Under the pieces are notes generated by a model. The model saw only the letters and a program-made list of their open reading frames with translations, was not told where the DNA came from and did no database searches. Shown one piece after another: positions 48,546 through 57,282 of a DNA stretch of 64,000 nt. The translations under genes were made by a program, and so were the position numbers. The stretch is from an uncultured Actinomycetota bacterium (GTDB lineage Bacteria; Actinomycetota; Actinomycetes; JAHEKZ01), in NCBI GenBank assembly GCA_963718235.1, contig CAVQYR010000002.1, positions 512,001-576,000 of the forward strand, read 5' to 3'. The number at the start of each line of letters is the position of its first letter. The first letter of the stretch is position 1.

Positions 48546-49091
48546 ATGTCCCAGTTCCGGATCCGCAACGCCCGCCCCGATGATGTCGCCGAGATCTTCG
48601 CGATGGTCTGCGAGCTGGCCGAGTACGAGAAGGCCCGCCACGAGGTCCAGTCGAACGAGGCCCTGTTCGCCGAGGCACTCTTCTGCACCGAGCCCGCGGT
48701 GTGGTGCTCGATCCTGGAGCACCACCCTGACGACGACGCGGCACCGGACCCCGGCGGCTGGGAGGTCGCGGGCATGGCGATCTGGTTCCGCAACTTCTTC
48801 ACCTGGACCGCGAAGCACTCGATCTACCTGGACGACCTGTACGTCCGCGAGCAGTACCGGGGCCTTGGCTACGGCAAGGCGCTCCTCCAGCACCTCGCGC
48901 AGATCTGCGTCGAGCGCGGCTACCCGCGGCTGGACTGGTGGGTGCTGGACTGGAACCCCGCTGTCGACTTCTACCAGCGGATCGGCGCGATCTCGATGGA
49001 CGACTGGACGGTGAACCGGCTGACCGGACCGGCGCTGGAACGCCTTGCGTCGGGCCGTTTCGACGACAGCGGCGACCCGGAAGCGGTCTGA
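48546..49091 (+). CDS. GNAT acetyltransferase (spermidine/diamine acetyltransferase-like)
   Basis: ELAEYEK, FFTW....IYLDDLYV, RGLGYGKAL, WWVLDWN, FY..IGA. Confidence 0.88.
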   Translation: MSQFRIRNARPDDVAEIFAMVCELAEYEKARHEVQSNEALFAEALFCTEPAVWCSILEHHPDDDAAPDPGGWEVAGMAIWFRNFFTWTAKHSIYLDDLYVREQYRGLGYGKALLQHLAQICVERGYPRLDWWVLDWNPAVDFYQRIGAISMDDWTVNRLTGPALERLASGRFDDSGDPEAV

Positions 49092-49168
49092 ACGACGCTG
49101 ACGGACCTGAAGCTCGCGATCCGTTGGCCCCCGGCCGGGGACCGGGCACATCGTGGGCGCGACTGTGT

Positions 49169-49195
49169 CAACCTGATGGGTCAGTCCAACGACTC
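49169..49195 (+). promoter_or_regulatory. Putative ECF-type autoregulatory promoter
   Basis: CAAC-N17-CGACTC ending 6 nt before ATG 49202. Confidence 0.35.
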
Positions 49196-49201
49196 TCAGG
49201 C

Positions 49202-49774
49202 ATGACGAACTCCGTACCGGAGGACCTGCTCTCCATGGGTGAGTGGCGCACCAGCAGTGGGCGCGAGGCGGCGGGCTCGGCTGGCGCCGAACTCGTCGAC
49301 GTGCTGTTCCGGCGGCACTACGCCGCACTCCTGCGCCTCGGAGTGGTCATGCTGGGAAGTCGCGAGGCGGCAGAGGACGCGGTCCAGGACGCCTTCGTGA
49401 CCCTGCACCGTCGTCAGTCGTTGTTGCGCGACCCGGATGCCGCCGCGGCGTACCTGCGCTCCGCGGTGCTGAATCGCTGTCGGTCCTGGGTGCGACGTCA
49501 GGTCACCCAACGCGCTCCAAGGCCGCTGATGCTCGTGCCCGAGCACCAGGAGAGCGCGGAGGAGACGATCGTGGGTCGCGATGAGGTCGGGTCACTCGTG
49601 GCCCTCATGCGCACCTTGGCGCGGCGTCAGCGTGAGGTGCTGGCCTGCCGGTTCGTGCTGGAGCTGTCCGTCTACGAGACCGCCCAGCTCCTGGAGATCA
49701 GCGAGGGGTCGGTCAAGGCCCATACCCATCGCGGACTGCATGCACTTCAACGACGGATCGAGGTGACCCGATGA
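49202..49774 (+). CDS. ECF sigma factor (actinobacterial SigE-like)
   Basis: AAEDAVQDAF, AYLRSAVLN, RQREVL..RF, ETAQLL.IS.GSVK...HRGL. Confidence 0.88.
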   Translation: MTNSVPEDLLSMGEWRTSSGREAAGSAGAELVDVLFRRHYAALLRLGVVMLGSREAAEDAVQDAFVTLHRRQSLLRDPDAAAAYLRSAVLNRCRSWVRRQVTQRAPRPLMLVPEHQESAEETIVGRDEVGSLVALMRTLARRQREVLACRFVLELSVYETAQLLEISEGSVKAHTHRGLHALQRRIEVTR

Positions 49775-50817
49775 GCAGCATCGAGGAGCGGCTTGCACGG
49801 GACATCGCGGCAGTAACCGGAGGTGTCGTCGTGACCGAGTCAGACCTGCACGATGCGCGTGAGGTACTCGACGAGCGCATCGACCGCAAGCGCGTGCGCG
49901 ACCGTGCTCGTACCGTCGGCGTTGCCGCCGCGGCCGCAGTTGTGGTCGCGATCGTTGGCGTCACGGCGTTCCAGACACTGAGCAACGAGGACGATCCGGC
50001 CCCTCCTGCCGACTCCGGGCCGACCACGCCCGTCGACCCTGAGGCGCGCTTCCTCACCGGGAAAGCCCCGACCCCGCAGCTCATCGAGGGAGTCTGGCGG
50101 GTGGACAACGGCACCCTGCTGCTGAGGTTCAGCAGCGACGGCACCGTCCAGCTCGACGACGGTGGACAGCTGTACTCCGACCCGCTCGCCTTCGGTACGT
50201 ACGAGATCACCGATGACCTGATCACCGTCACTGTGGACGCCGGCACAGGCCAGTGTGTCGGCCAGACGTTCGCCATGCGCGCCTCCCTCCCGGAGTCTGG
50301 AGCCATGCGGTTCGTGCACACCCAGCCAGGAACGGGCACCTGCACCCCTGACCCGGTGTTGATCGATGCCGCCCCCACGGGGCCGCACACCGACGTGTGG
50401 TGGGTCCTGGAGCGGGTGCTGCCGACCAGAACGAGTGCCTGGCCACGCTTGACTTCTCCAAGGAAGGGCCCTGGACGCGGCCGGCGGACAGGAGCGCCTT
50501 GTACGGCGACTGGATGGCCCAAGGGGGCGGACACCTCCTCGAGCTGGCACCGGACGGCGACTACTCCGTCGCGAGCGAGTCCGGTGACCTGGTCGACCGT
50601 GGTCTGTGGGTGCGCCGCGGCTCGGAGCTGACCCTGACCAGCTCAGCCGCCTCCGGCGAGTGCGCCAAGGGGGACCGGCTCGTGTGGAGCGGACTGGAGC
50701 AGGCGTACCCGGGTACCACCACCATGCGCGGGACCGTCGTCGAAGACACCTGCGGCGGACCCTGGGCGTCCAAGAGCGTGGATCCTGCTCCCCCAAGAGC
50801 GAGACCAGAGTCGCTGA
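49771..50817 (+). CDS. Putative membrane anti-sigma factor with two extracytoplasmic beta-barrel-like repeats; two apparent frameshifts (about 50425 and 50775)
   Basis: ATGA overlap with the sigma gene; IEERL N-terminus, one TM, repeats LIEGVWRV...C...C and LYGDWMA...C...C. The second repeat lies in another frame. Confidence 0.55.
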
Positions 50818-50854
50818 CGGACTCCCTGATCCGTGGCCGCCGGGCCAGGTCTGC

Positions 50855-51613
50855 TCAGGCAGGGACCTGGCTCGACCGGCGCAGCGCGATGTCGCCGCTG
50901 ACCGTGCGGACCTTGACGTCGAGCGCCACCGCGTCCGAGCCGAAACCTGCCGGATCGTCCTCGAGGTCGAGGTCGGGGTTCATCGTCCCGGACAGGGAAG
51001 AGAGCTCGAGGTGCAGCCGCAGTCCGCGCTCGACCGCGAGGTCGACGTCGCCGGAGACGACCTGGATCGACGTCCGCCCGGCCCGCAGCAGACCCACAGC
51101 GACGTCACCGGACGCCGACTGGACGGTCAGGTCGCGGTCGGCCCGGCCGAGCTGGACGTCACCGGAGGCCGACCGGACGAGGACCGGCCCGGTCACGTGT
51201 TCGGCCTGCACGTCCCCAGACGCACTGTGCACGCGAAGCTCGCCGTCGACGGTGTCGACCTGCATGTCGCCGGACGCGGTGCTGACGGCCACCGACCCGA
51301 CCCGGCCGTGTGCCTCGAGGTCCAAAGCCTCGCCCTTGAGCCGCAAGGCGGTGCCCTCCGGCACGACCACCACCAGCGACACCCCTGAGCCGAACCAGCC
51401 GAACCCGCGACGGCGGGGCTGGGTGATGCTCACGGTCTGGGTGCGTTCGTCGGCCCGCACGACCACATCGTTCGGGTCGCGCGCACCGCGGACGGTGACC
51501 TCGGTGCTGGGCTGGGCGTGCGTCGTGACGGTCAGGGTGCCGTCGGGCACGCTCACGGACAGCGTCCAAGGGCCGGTGGTGGGGAAGGTGACGGGGTCGA
51601 GGTCGACGGACAT
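50855..51613 (-). CDS. DUF4097 family beta-strand repeat protein
   Basis: Repeated TASGD/SASGDV/VSGDV units. Confidence 0.85.
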   Translation of the reverse strand: MSVDLDPVTFPTTGPWTLSVSVPDGTLTVTTHAQPSTEVTVRGARDPNDVVVRADERTQTVSITQPRRRGFGWFGSGVSLVVVVPEGTALRLKGEALDLEAHGRVGSVAVSTASGDMQVDTVDGELRVHSASGDVQAEHVTGPVLVRSASGDVQLGRADRDLTVQSASGDVAVGLLRAGRTSIQVVSGDVDLAVERGLRLHLELSSLSGTMNPDLDLEDDPAGFGSDAVALDVKVRTVSGDIALRRSSQVPA

Positions 51614-51645
51614 GAGTGGCTCCGATGCGGTCAGAGAGGAAGGGC

Positions 51646-52110
51646 TCAGCTGCTGGCGTAGCCGCTGAAGTGGTTGCCGGTAACGGTTCGTCTGCGGGGG
51701 GCGCGGCCCTCCAGGGCCGAACGGATGGCCTGGACCAGCCAGGCGTTGGTCGACTGACCGGTCATCGCCGCCGCCTGCTCGACTCCCGTCTTGAGCGCTT
51801 CGGGTAGCCGCAGGGTGATCCGGGCGGCCGAGCCGTCGTCGTCTGGGGTGGTCGGGGTCGGGCCGGACACCGTGGCGTCCTCGACGTACAGCAGGTGGAC
51901 GTCGCGTCCGGCCAGGCGCAGCTCGACGTGGCCCTGCGGCACCTGGTCGGACAGCTCCAGCGCTGCGACGCCCAGGACGTCCATGACCTGCAGCTGGAGC
52001 GCGGGTTCCAAGGAGGCCAGCAGCCGGTGCACGGTCGCGGCGGTTGCCTCGTCGGGCGCCGCTGCCTCGAGTCGGGCGGACAGCTGCTGGACGTGGGGGG
52101 TGAGGTCCAT
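51646..52110 (-). CDS. Ribbon-helix-helix (HicB-like) DNA-binding protein
   Basis: MDLTP.V, VELRL.GRD, ARITLRLPEALK..VE.AA...GQSTNAWLV. Confidence 0.8.
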   Translation of the reverse strand: MDLTPHVQQLSARLEAAAPDEATAATVHRLLASLEPALQLQVMDVLGVAALELSDQVPQGHVELRLAGRDVHLLYVEDATVSGPTPTTPDDDGSAARITLRLPEALKTGVEQAAAMTGQSTNAWLVQAIRSALEGRAPRRRTVTGNHFSGYASS

Positions 52111-52116
52111 CGTGGG

Positions 52117-52251
52117 TCAGTCCTCGCTCCGGGGCTCGGGGTAGCGCACGTTCGTGACGCCGGGCCGCCGGGCGTCCCGGCCAGGGGCGTGGCGAAGGTT
52201 CGGACGGGTGGAGTGGTACCGGCGCATGTAAGAGTGGATCTGGGGGTCCAT
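52117..52251 (-). CDS. 44-aa basic small ORF leading the RHH-DUF4097 operon
   Basis: AAGGAGG RBS; MDPQIHSYMRRYHSTRPNLRHAPGRDARRPGVTNVRYPEPRSED; stop 6 nt before the next ATG. Confidence 0.45.
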   Translation of the reverse strand: MDPQIHSYMRRYHSTRPNLRHAPGRDARRPGVTNVRYPEPRSED

Positions 52252-52274
52252 GACGCCTCCTTCGCAGTCAACAG

Positions 52275-52313
52275 GACGTCTCACTGACATCCACATGACG
52301 TCACTATGACATC
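52275..52313. promoter_or_regulatory. Four phased (T)GACRTC boxes, probable RHH operator
   Basis: GAC(G/A)TC starting at 52275, 52286, 52297 and 52308 (exact 11-bp period). Confidence 0.65.
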
Positions 52314-52350
52314 AAACCGCCGTCAGGTCAACCGCCGGGGCCGGCTCCGG

Positions 52351-53310
52351 TCAGGGGTCGTCGAGCAGTCGGTCGAGCAGGTCGTGGACGGCGGCGACCT
52401 CCGATCGGCTCCTGGCCCGCACCGCGCTCCACAGGGCGTGCTCCAGCGCGCGGGCCCTGACCCACGGCGCCAGCCTGACGTCGTCCGGCGGGTGCCCGTC
52501 CGGAAGGGTCCCGTAGGCGGCGACCGCGGCCGCACCGTCGTCCGCCGACGTGCTGCGCAGAGTCGCGAGGTCCCACTCGACGGGCGCCAGGCAACAGTCC
52601 TCGAGGTCGTTCCACACCAGGCGTCCGTCCAGCCGGAGGACGTTGCCCGGGTGGGCGTCGCCGTGGACCGCCTGCCACCCCGCCGTCAGCGGGTCCGACC
52701 CGGCTGCGGCCAGGAGGGGGGCGACGACCGCCTCGTGCGCCGCCCGCAGCCGGAGCTGCAGCTCGGCGGCGATCTCGCCGGTTCCGGACGTCGTGCTGAG
52801 GACACTCTCGAGGTCACCGGCCACCGGCGCGAGGTGCGGCAATTGGTCGGCCCAGGGAACGCCACGAGCCGCGGCGTGGAGCGCCCGCAGCGCCTGCGCC
52901 AGTCGGGCAGGTGTGGCGTCTCGCGGCGTAGGGACGGCTGCGGCCCGCCAGACCGTGAGGGTCAGTCCGTCGACCTCGTGGGGGCCGGCCTCCAACCAGT
53001 CGCCGGGCCCGGCGGGGGGCACGACCGGACCGCCGCGCGCCACGAGCTCCCGAGCCAACGCGACCTCCTGGTGGATCCGCCAGGGGTTCTCCAGCCGCTG
53101 GCCGGCGAGCAGGTCGGTGCGCGACGGCGACCGTACGACCAGTCCCGCCCCGGTGCTCGGCCGGCCGTCGAGGGCCACGACGATGTTGGCCTTGGCGGAC
53201 AGCACCCGAGGCTCGACTGCGGTGAGGCCGTGCCCGGCGAGGAACGTCCGAGTCGCGCTCAGCACCCGGGTCGCACGGGCCGCCCTACGCTCGTCGATCG
53301 ACGCGGGCAC
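52351..53310 (-). CDS. Aminoglycoside phosphotransferase/choline kinase-like protein
   Basis: LRALH, HGDAHPGNV, WNDLED, PVEWDLA. Confidence 0.82.
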   Translation of the reverse strand: MPASIDERRAARATRVLSATRTFLAGHGLTAVEPRVLSAKANIVVALDGRPSTGAGLVVRSPSRTDLLAGQRLENPWRIHQEVALARELVARGGPVVPPAGPGDWLEAGPHEVDGLTLTVWRAAAVPTPRDATPARLAQALRALHAAARGVPWADQLPHLAPVAGDLESVLSTTSGTGEIAAELQLRLRAAHEAVVAPLLAAAGSDPLTAGWQAVHGDAHPGNVLRLDGRLVWNDLEDCCLAPVEWDLATLRSTSADDGAAAVAAYGTLPDGHPPDDVRLAPWVRARALEHALWSAVRARSRSEVAAVHDLLDRLLDDP

Positions 53311-53599
53311 GGCACCACCTCATCGCATGGAGGTGGACGCTCAGGCCTTCGTGGTCTCAGGGTGTCTGGAGGACTCCCCGGCCACCGGCGATGCCCCGCC
53401 GATGGCCTCTGACCTGCGCATTCACCGTTGATCGGAGTTGGTCGCTGTTGACTGCGGACGAGCCTACTGCGGACTCTCTGCGGACTGGTTGAACGTGAAG
53501 GCGCGGGTAACGTCGGAGACGGAAGCGGGTCGGGGTGTCGAACCAACAGGGCGACCCCCGGTCGTTGCGCGATCGAGAATCGCGCGAAGGATCGCGCCG

Positions 53600-53896
53600 A
53601 TGATTGAGGCGTCGTTCGTCGCCACGCTGGTGCGCCACCACGGAGAGGCCCCGTGGTTCTTCATCACGCTGCCCCTCGACGTCGCAGACGACATCCGTCA
53701 TCGCGTGGAGCCGGTCGGGTTCGGCTCGGTCGCCGTCGAGGCCACGGTTGGGGCGACCTCGTGGTCCACCTCGGTCTTCCCCGACAAGAAGTCGGGCTCG
53801 TTTGTGCTGCCCGTGAAGGCCGCCGTGCGCAACCGGGAGAGCCTCGACGACGGCAGCGAGGTGCACGTCGGACTCCGGATCCGGACGGACCACTGA
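53600..53896 (+). CDS. DUF1905 domain protein
   Basis: WFFITLP, GFGSVAVEATVG..SWSTSVFPD, FVLPVKAAVR..E.L. Confidence 0.82.
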   Translation: MIEASFVATLVRHHGEAPWFFITLPLDVADDIRHRVEPVGFGSVAVEATVGATSWSTSVFPDKKSGSFVLPVKAAVRNRESLDDGSEVHVGLRIRTDH

Positions 53897-53995
53897 CGCC
53901 GGACCCACCGGTCTAGGGTCGCAAGGACGCACGACCACCGACCGGGGCAAGGCGGATTCGCTGCCCGGTCCGGCACTCGAAACCTCAGTCGACGG

Positions 53996-54610
53996 TCAGT
54001 CGAGCCTCCCCTCCTCAGCCAGCACTCTCTCGACGCGACGATCGGGAACCACCCAAAGAATCGCGACCCCGACGAAGATCGCGTAGGAGATCCATACCCA
54101 GACGAATGCGGCAGGGATCGCCACGGCGTAGCCCACGACAGAGAGCAGGCCCTTGGAGTCTCGCCCCATCGCACGCGCCGTCAGTGAGTCCTCGCCCTGG
54201 CTACTGATGATCACCCGGACGAGGAGGGTGTATGCGGCTCCAGCCGCGAACAGCACGACGCCATAGGCCGCAGCAGGGGCTGGGTCGCCCACGTTCTCGC
54301 CCATCCAGCTCGTGGCGAACGGGAACAGTGAGAGGCAGAACAGAAGAGCCATGTTCGCCCACAGGATGCCTCCGGTGACCCGATCCACTGTCTGCATCAG
54401 ATGGTGGTGGTTGTTCCAGTAGATGGCGATGTAGAGGAAGCTCAGCAAGTAGCTGGCGAAGACGAGATGCGTTCCTCCAGCCCACAGGTCAGACAAGGAC
54501 GCCGGTCGCCCCTCGGCGACCGGCGCTCTCAGTTCGAGCACCATGATGGTGATGATGATGGCGAGCACACCATCGCTGAACGCTTCGAGCCGGGTCGACC
54601 GCATCGACAA
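53996..54610 (-). CDS. TMEM175 family potassium channel (DUF1211)
   Basis: RLEAFSDGVLAIIITIMVL, SF..IAIYWNNHHH, LFPFATSWMGE, PDRRVE. Confidence 0.9.
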   Translation of the reverse strand: MSMRSTRLEAFSDGVLAIIITIMVLELRAPVAEGRPASLSDLWAGGTHLVFASYLLSFLYIAIYWNNHHHLMQTVDRVTGGILWANMALLFCLSLFPFATSWMGENVGDPAPAAAYGVVLFAAGAAYTLLVRVIISSQGEDSLTARAMGRDSKGLLSVVGYAVAIPAAFVWVWISYAIFVGVAILWVVPDRRVERVLAEEGRLD

Positions 54611-54668
54611 CCTCCCACCGGGCCGTCATGGACGCGACCAGGACGGGTAACGACCAACGGCGGACCGA

Positions 54669-54709
54669 GCGGGCCTCCTGGGAGCGTTTCCGCAGGTCAG
54701 GAGGCCCGC
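54669..54709 (-). terminator. 12-bp stem-loop downstream of sodN
   Basis: GCGGGCCTCCTG-N17-CAGGAGGCCCGC, perfect inverted repeat 8 nt after the sodN stop. Confidence 0.6.
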
Positions 54710-54717
54710 GACGGAGC

Positions 54718-55116
54718 CTAGGCCTTCTTGGTCTCCCAGAAGATCTCGGCGATCTCGTCGATCTTGGCGAGCAGCTGGTCGGCCACGGCGACGTCGGTGC
54801 TGCCCTTGGTCCCGCCCGCGCCGGCCAGCTTGGTTGCCTCGTTGAACAGCCCACTGAGCTGGGGGTACTTCTCGAAGTGGGGAGGCTTGAAGTAGTCGGT
54901 CCACAGCACCCAGAGGTGCTCCTTCACCAGGTCGCTGCGCTGCTCCTTGATGAACACCGCGCGCTGACGGAACTCCGAGTCGTCGCTGGCGTGGAACTTC
55001 TCCATGCAAGCCTTCACCGACTGGGCCTCGAGGCGTGCCTGGGCGGGGTCGTAGACACCGCACGGGAGATCACAGTGCGCGCTCACCTCGGCGATGGATC
55101 GGGCGAACCGACGCAT
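54718..55116 (-). CDS. sodN: Nickel superoxide dismutase precursor
   Basis: Short propeptide, then the Ni-hook HCDLPCGVYDPAQA; LWTDYFKP; IFWETK. Confidence 0.96.
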   Translation of the reverse strand: MRRFARSIAEVSAHCDLPCGVYDPAQARLEAQSVKACMEKFHASDDSEFRQRAVFIKEQRSDLVKEHLWVLWTDYFKPPHFEKYPQLSGLFNEATKLAGAGGTKGSTDVAVADQLLAKIDEIAEIFWETKKA

Positions 55117-55147
55117 GGGGGATCCTTTCGACGCAGACAGTAGGGAT

Positions 55148-55516
55148 GTGAGCGACACTACCCCTGGCGAGGCGTCGATGCATCGGGGAGGGCGAGCCGT
55201 GCCCAGCTGGTCTCTGGTGCGCGTCCGGGGTTCGTCGATGTCGCCGACGCTGGCCGACGGCGACATCCTGCTGGTCCGTGGCGGTGGACCGGGTCGGGTG
55301 GGCGACCTCGCCGTCGTGCGCCTTCCTGGTGGTAGGCCGTGGTCGGTCAAGCGCCTGGCGCGGCTGGACGGCGACGGTTGGTGGGTCGAGAGGGACAACC
55401 CCCGGGAGGGCGTGGACTCGTGGACGCTCGGTGTTCCCGTCCCAGGCGCCGATGTGCTGGGCATCGCCCGAATGCGGGTCTGGCCCCGCCCGGGGCGCCT
55501 GCTGCGCCGCGCCTAG
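55148..55516 (+). CDS. sodX: NiSOD maturation protease (S26 family)
   Basis: VRGSSMSPTL..GD, VKR, DNP..G.DSW; divergent from sodN. Start uncertain (55148 or 55178). Confidence 0.8.
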   Translation: MSDTTPGEASMHRGGRAVPSWSLVRVRGSSMSPTLADGDILLVRGGGPGRVGDLAVVRLPGGRPWSVKRLARLDGDGWWVERDNPREGVDSWTLGVPVPGADVLGIARMRVWPRPGRLLRRA

Positions 55517-55520
55517 TCCG

Positions 55521-56459
55521 CTAGCGAGTCACGTGAGCTCTGCGCTGAAGCCCGATCACGTTGATGATGAGGCGACTGATCGTGAGTGCCGTCAGGTCGC
55601 GGACGTCGAGGTGCGGCTGGTACTCCGTGACGACCAGGGCCGCCACCCTGTCCTGTCGGGCCAGATGGCGGAGTATCCCCCCGATCTCCGGGTAGGTCAG
55701 GCCACCCGGCTCGGGCCACCCCACCCCAGGGGCGATGCTGGGGTCCAGTCCGTCGCAGTCGATCGTGACCAGCCAGCGGTGGTCGGTCGGGAGTGTCTCC
55801 ACGAAGGATGCGACACCGGTCTCGCGAAGCTCCCAGGCGGTCACGATCCGGTTGCCGACCTCGACGGCGTCGCGCAGGTCACCGGGCCGCGCGCTGCCGA
55901 CGGCGCGTAGGCCGAGTTGGACGACGTGCTCGACGCAGCTGAGTTCGCGGATCCGACGAATGGGGCTGGAGTACCCATCACGGACCCCGTCGACCTCGTC
56001 ACGGAAGTCGAGGTGTGCATCGACGTGCAGCACGTTGACCTGCTCGTGGCCTTCGAACGCTCGAGCGACCATCGGCGGGACGGAGTCGAGTCCACCGAGC
56101 ACCAACGGGGTCCGTCCGTTCCTCACCAGCCGGCCCAGGACGTCGAGCGCGGTGTCCAGGATCGAGTCCGGATCGCGTACGTCAGCGACCACGTTTCCGC
56201 AGTCCGACACCGTCGGGACCCCGTCGGGGAAGAGCGGGCCCCCGAGGTCGAAGTCGTAGTGCTGGGCCAGCCGGCCGTACTCCATCCGATCGGTCAGCTC
56301 CCGGACAGCGTCCGCGGCGCCGGCGCTGACGACCAGGTCAGCCGGTACGTAGGGAGGCCCGAAAGGGATGCCGACATAGGCGTACGGCGTCTCGACCAGG
56401 TCGGGGTCCAGGACCACGGGGGCGTTGAGAAACGGCGTCGTGCCAGGGCTCAAGGACAT
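55521..56459 (-). CDS. Ureohydrolase (agmatinase/arginase family)
   Basis: GIPF, DCGNV, HVDAHLDFRD, QLGLR, TIDCDGLDPSIAPGV, PGGL, EYQP. Confidence 0.85.
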   Translation of the reverse strand: MSLSPGTTPFLNAPVVLDPDLVETPYAYVGIPFGPPYVPADLVVSAGAADAVRELTDRMEYGRLAQHYDFDLGGPLFPDGVPTVSDCGNVVADVRDPDSILDTALDVLGRLVRNGRTPLVLGGLDSVPPMVARAFEGHEQVNVLHVDAHLDFRDEVDGVRDGYSSPIRRIRELSCVEHVVQLGLRAVGSARPGDLRDAVEVGNRIVTAWELRETGVASFVETLPTDHRWLVTIDCDGLDPSIAPGVGWPEPGGLTYPEIGGILRHLARQDRVAALVVTEYQPHLDVRDLTALTISRLIINVIGLQRRAHVTR

Positions 56460-56514
56460 GTGCAGCACCTCGGCGGAGTAGGGGCCTGTCGGGGGGACAG
56501 ACGACCTGGTCGCA

Positions 56515-57282
56515 TCAGAGGACCTTGGACAGGAACTCCTTCGTGCGCTGGTGCTGAGGGTTGCTGAGCACCTGTCGGGGGTCCCCCGCCTCCACGACGA
56601 TGCCCCCAGCAATGAGGACGATCTGGTCACCGACCTCTCGGGCGAACCCCATCTCGTGGGTGACCACGAGCATCGTCATGCCCGACAGAGCGAGGTCCTT
56701 CATCACGTCGAGGACCTCGCCGACGAGCTCCGGGTCGAGAGCAGACGTTGGCTCGTCGAAGAGCATGAGCTTCGGCTCCATCGCCAGCGCGCGGGCGATC
56801 GCCACCCGCTGCTGCTGGCCCCCGGACAGCTGGGCCGGATAAGCGGCCGGCTTGTCGGACAGTCCGACCCGGTCCAGGAGCTTCTCGGCTCGCTCGCGGG
56901 CCACCGACTTGGCTTCGTTCTTGACGCGCATCGGCCCCTCCATGACGTTCTGCAGCGCCGTCATGTGTGGGAACAGGTTGAACCGCTGGAACACCATGCC
57001 GATGTCGCGACGCTGAGAGGCGACCTCCTTGTCCTTCATCTCGTGCAGCTTGCCGCCGCGCTCCACATAGCCGACGAGTCGCCCCTCGACCGACAACCGA
57101 CCGGCGTCGATCTTCTCCAGGTGGTTGACGCACCTCAGGAAGGTTGACTTCCCACCACCGGATGGGCCGACGATGCACATGACCTCACGTGGAGCGACCT
57201 CCAGATCAATGCCCTTGAGCACTTCGACCTTGCCGAAGGACTTGTGCACGTTCTCTGCCTTGACCATGGCTGGTTCGGTCAT
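56515..57282 (-). CDS. Polar amino-acid ABC transporter ATP-binding protein
   Basis: GPSGGGKST, MVFQRFNLFPH, LSGGQQQR, FDEPTSALDPE, VTHEMGFA. Confidence 0.93.
   Translation of the reverse strand: MTEPAMVKAENVHKSFGKVEVLKGIDLEVAPREVMCIVGPSGGGKSTFLRCVNHLEKIDAGRLSVEGRLVGYVERGGKLHEMKDKEVASQRRDIGMVFQRFNLFPHMTALQNVMEGPMRVKNEAKSVARERAEKLLDRVGLSDKPAAYPAQLSGGQQQRVAIARALAMEPKLMLFDEPTSALDPELVGEVLDVMKDLALSGMTMLVVTHEMGFAREVGDQIVLIAGGIVVEAGDPRQVLSNPQHQRTKEFLSKVL

Larger units (their letters stand above)
53341..54735. mobile_element. Probable integrative-element remnant inserted in the 3' end of sodN
   Basis: Direct repeat AGGCCTTC(G/T)TGGTCTC at 53343-53358 and 54720-54735 (15/16 identical, the last sodN codons); inward-facing CTGACCTGCG at both ends; CTGCGGAC x3 at 53452-53485. 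No integrase present. Confidence 0.5.

Noticed and set aside
38945-53485. Short repeat clusters as possible CRISPR arrays
   Set aside because: Units are 6-13 bp without unique spacers, and no cas genes are present.
1804-56459. A single polyamine/GABA pathway from SSADH, amine oxidase, decarboxylase, diamine acetyltransferase and ureohydrolase
   Set aside because: The genes are scattered over 55 kb in unrelated transcription units with no shared motif seen.
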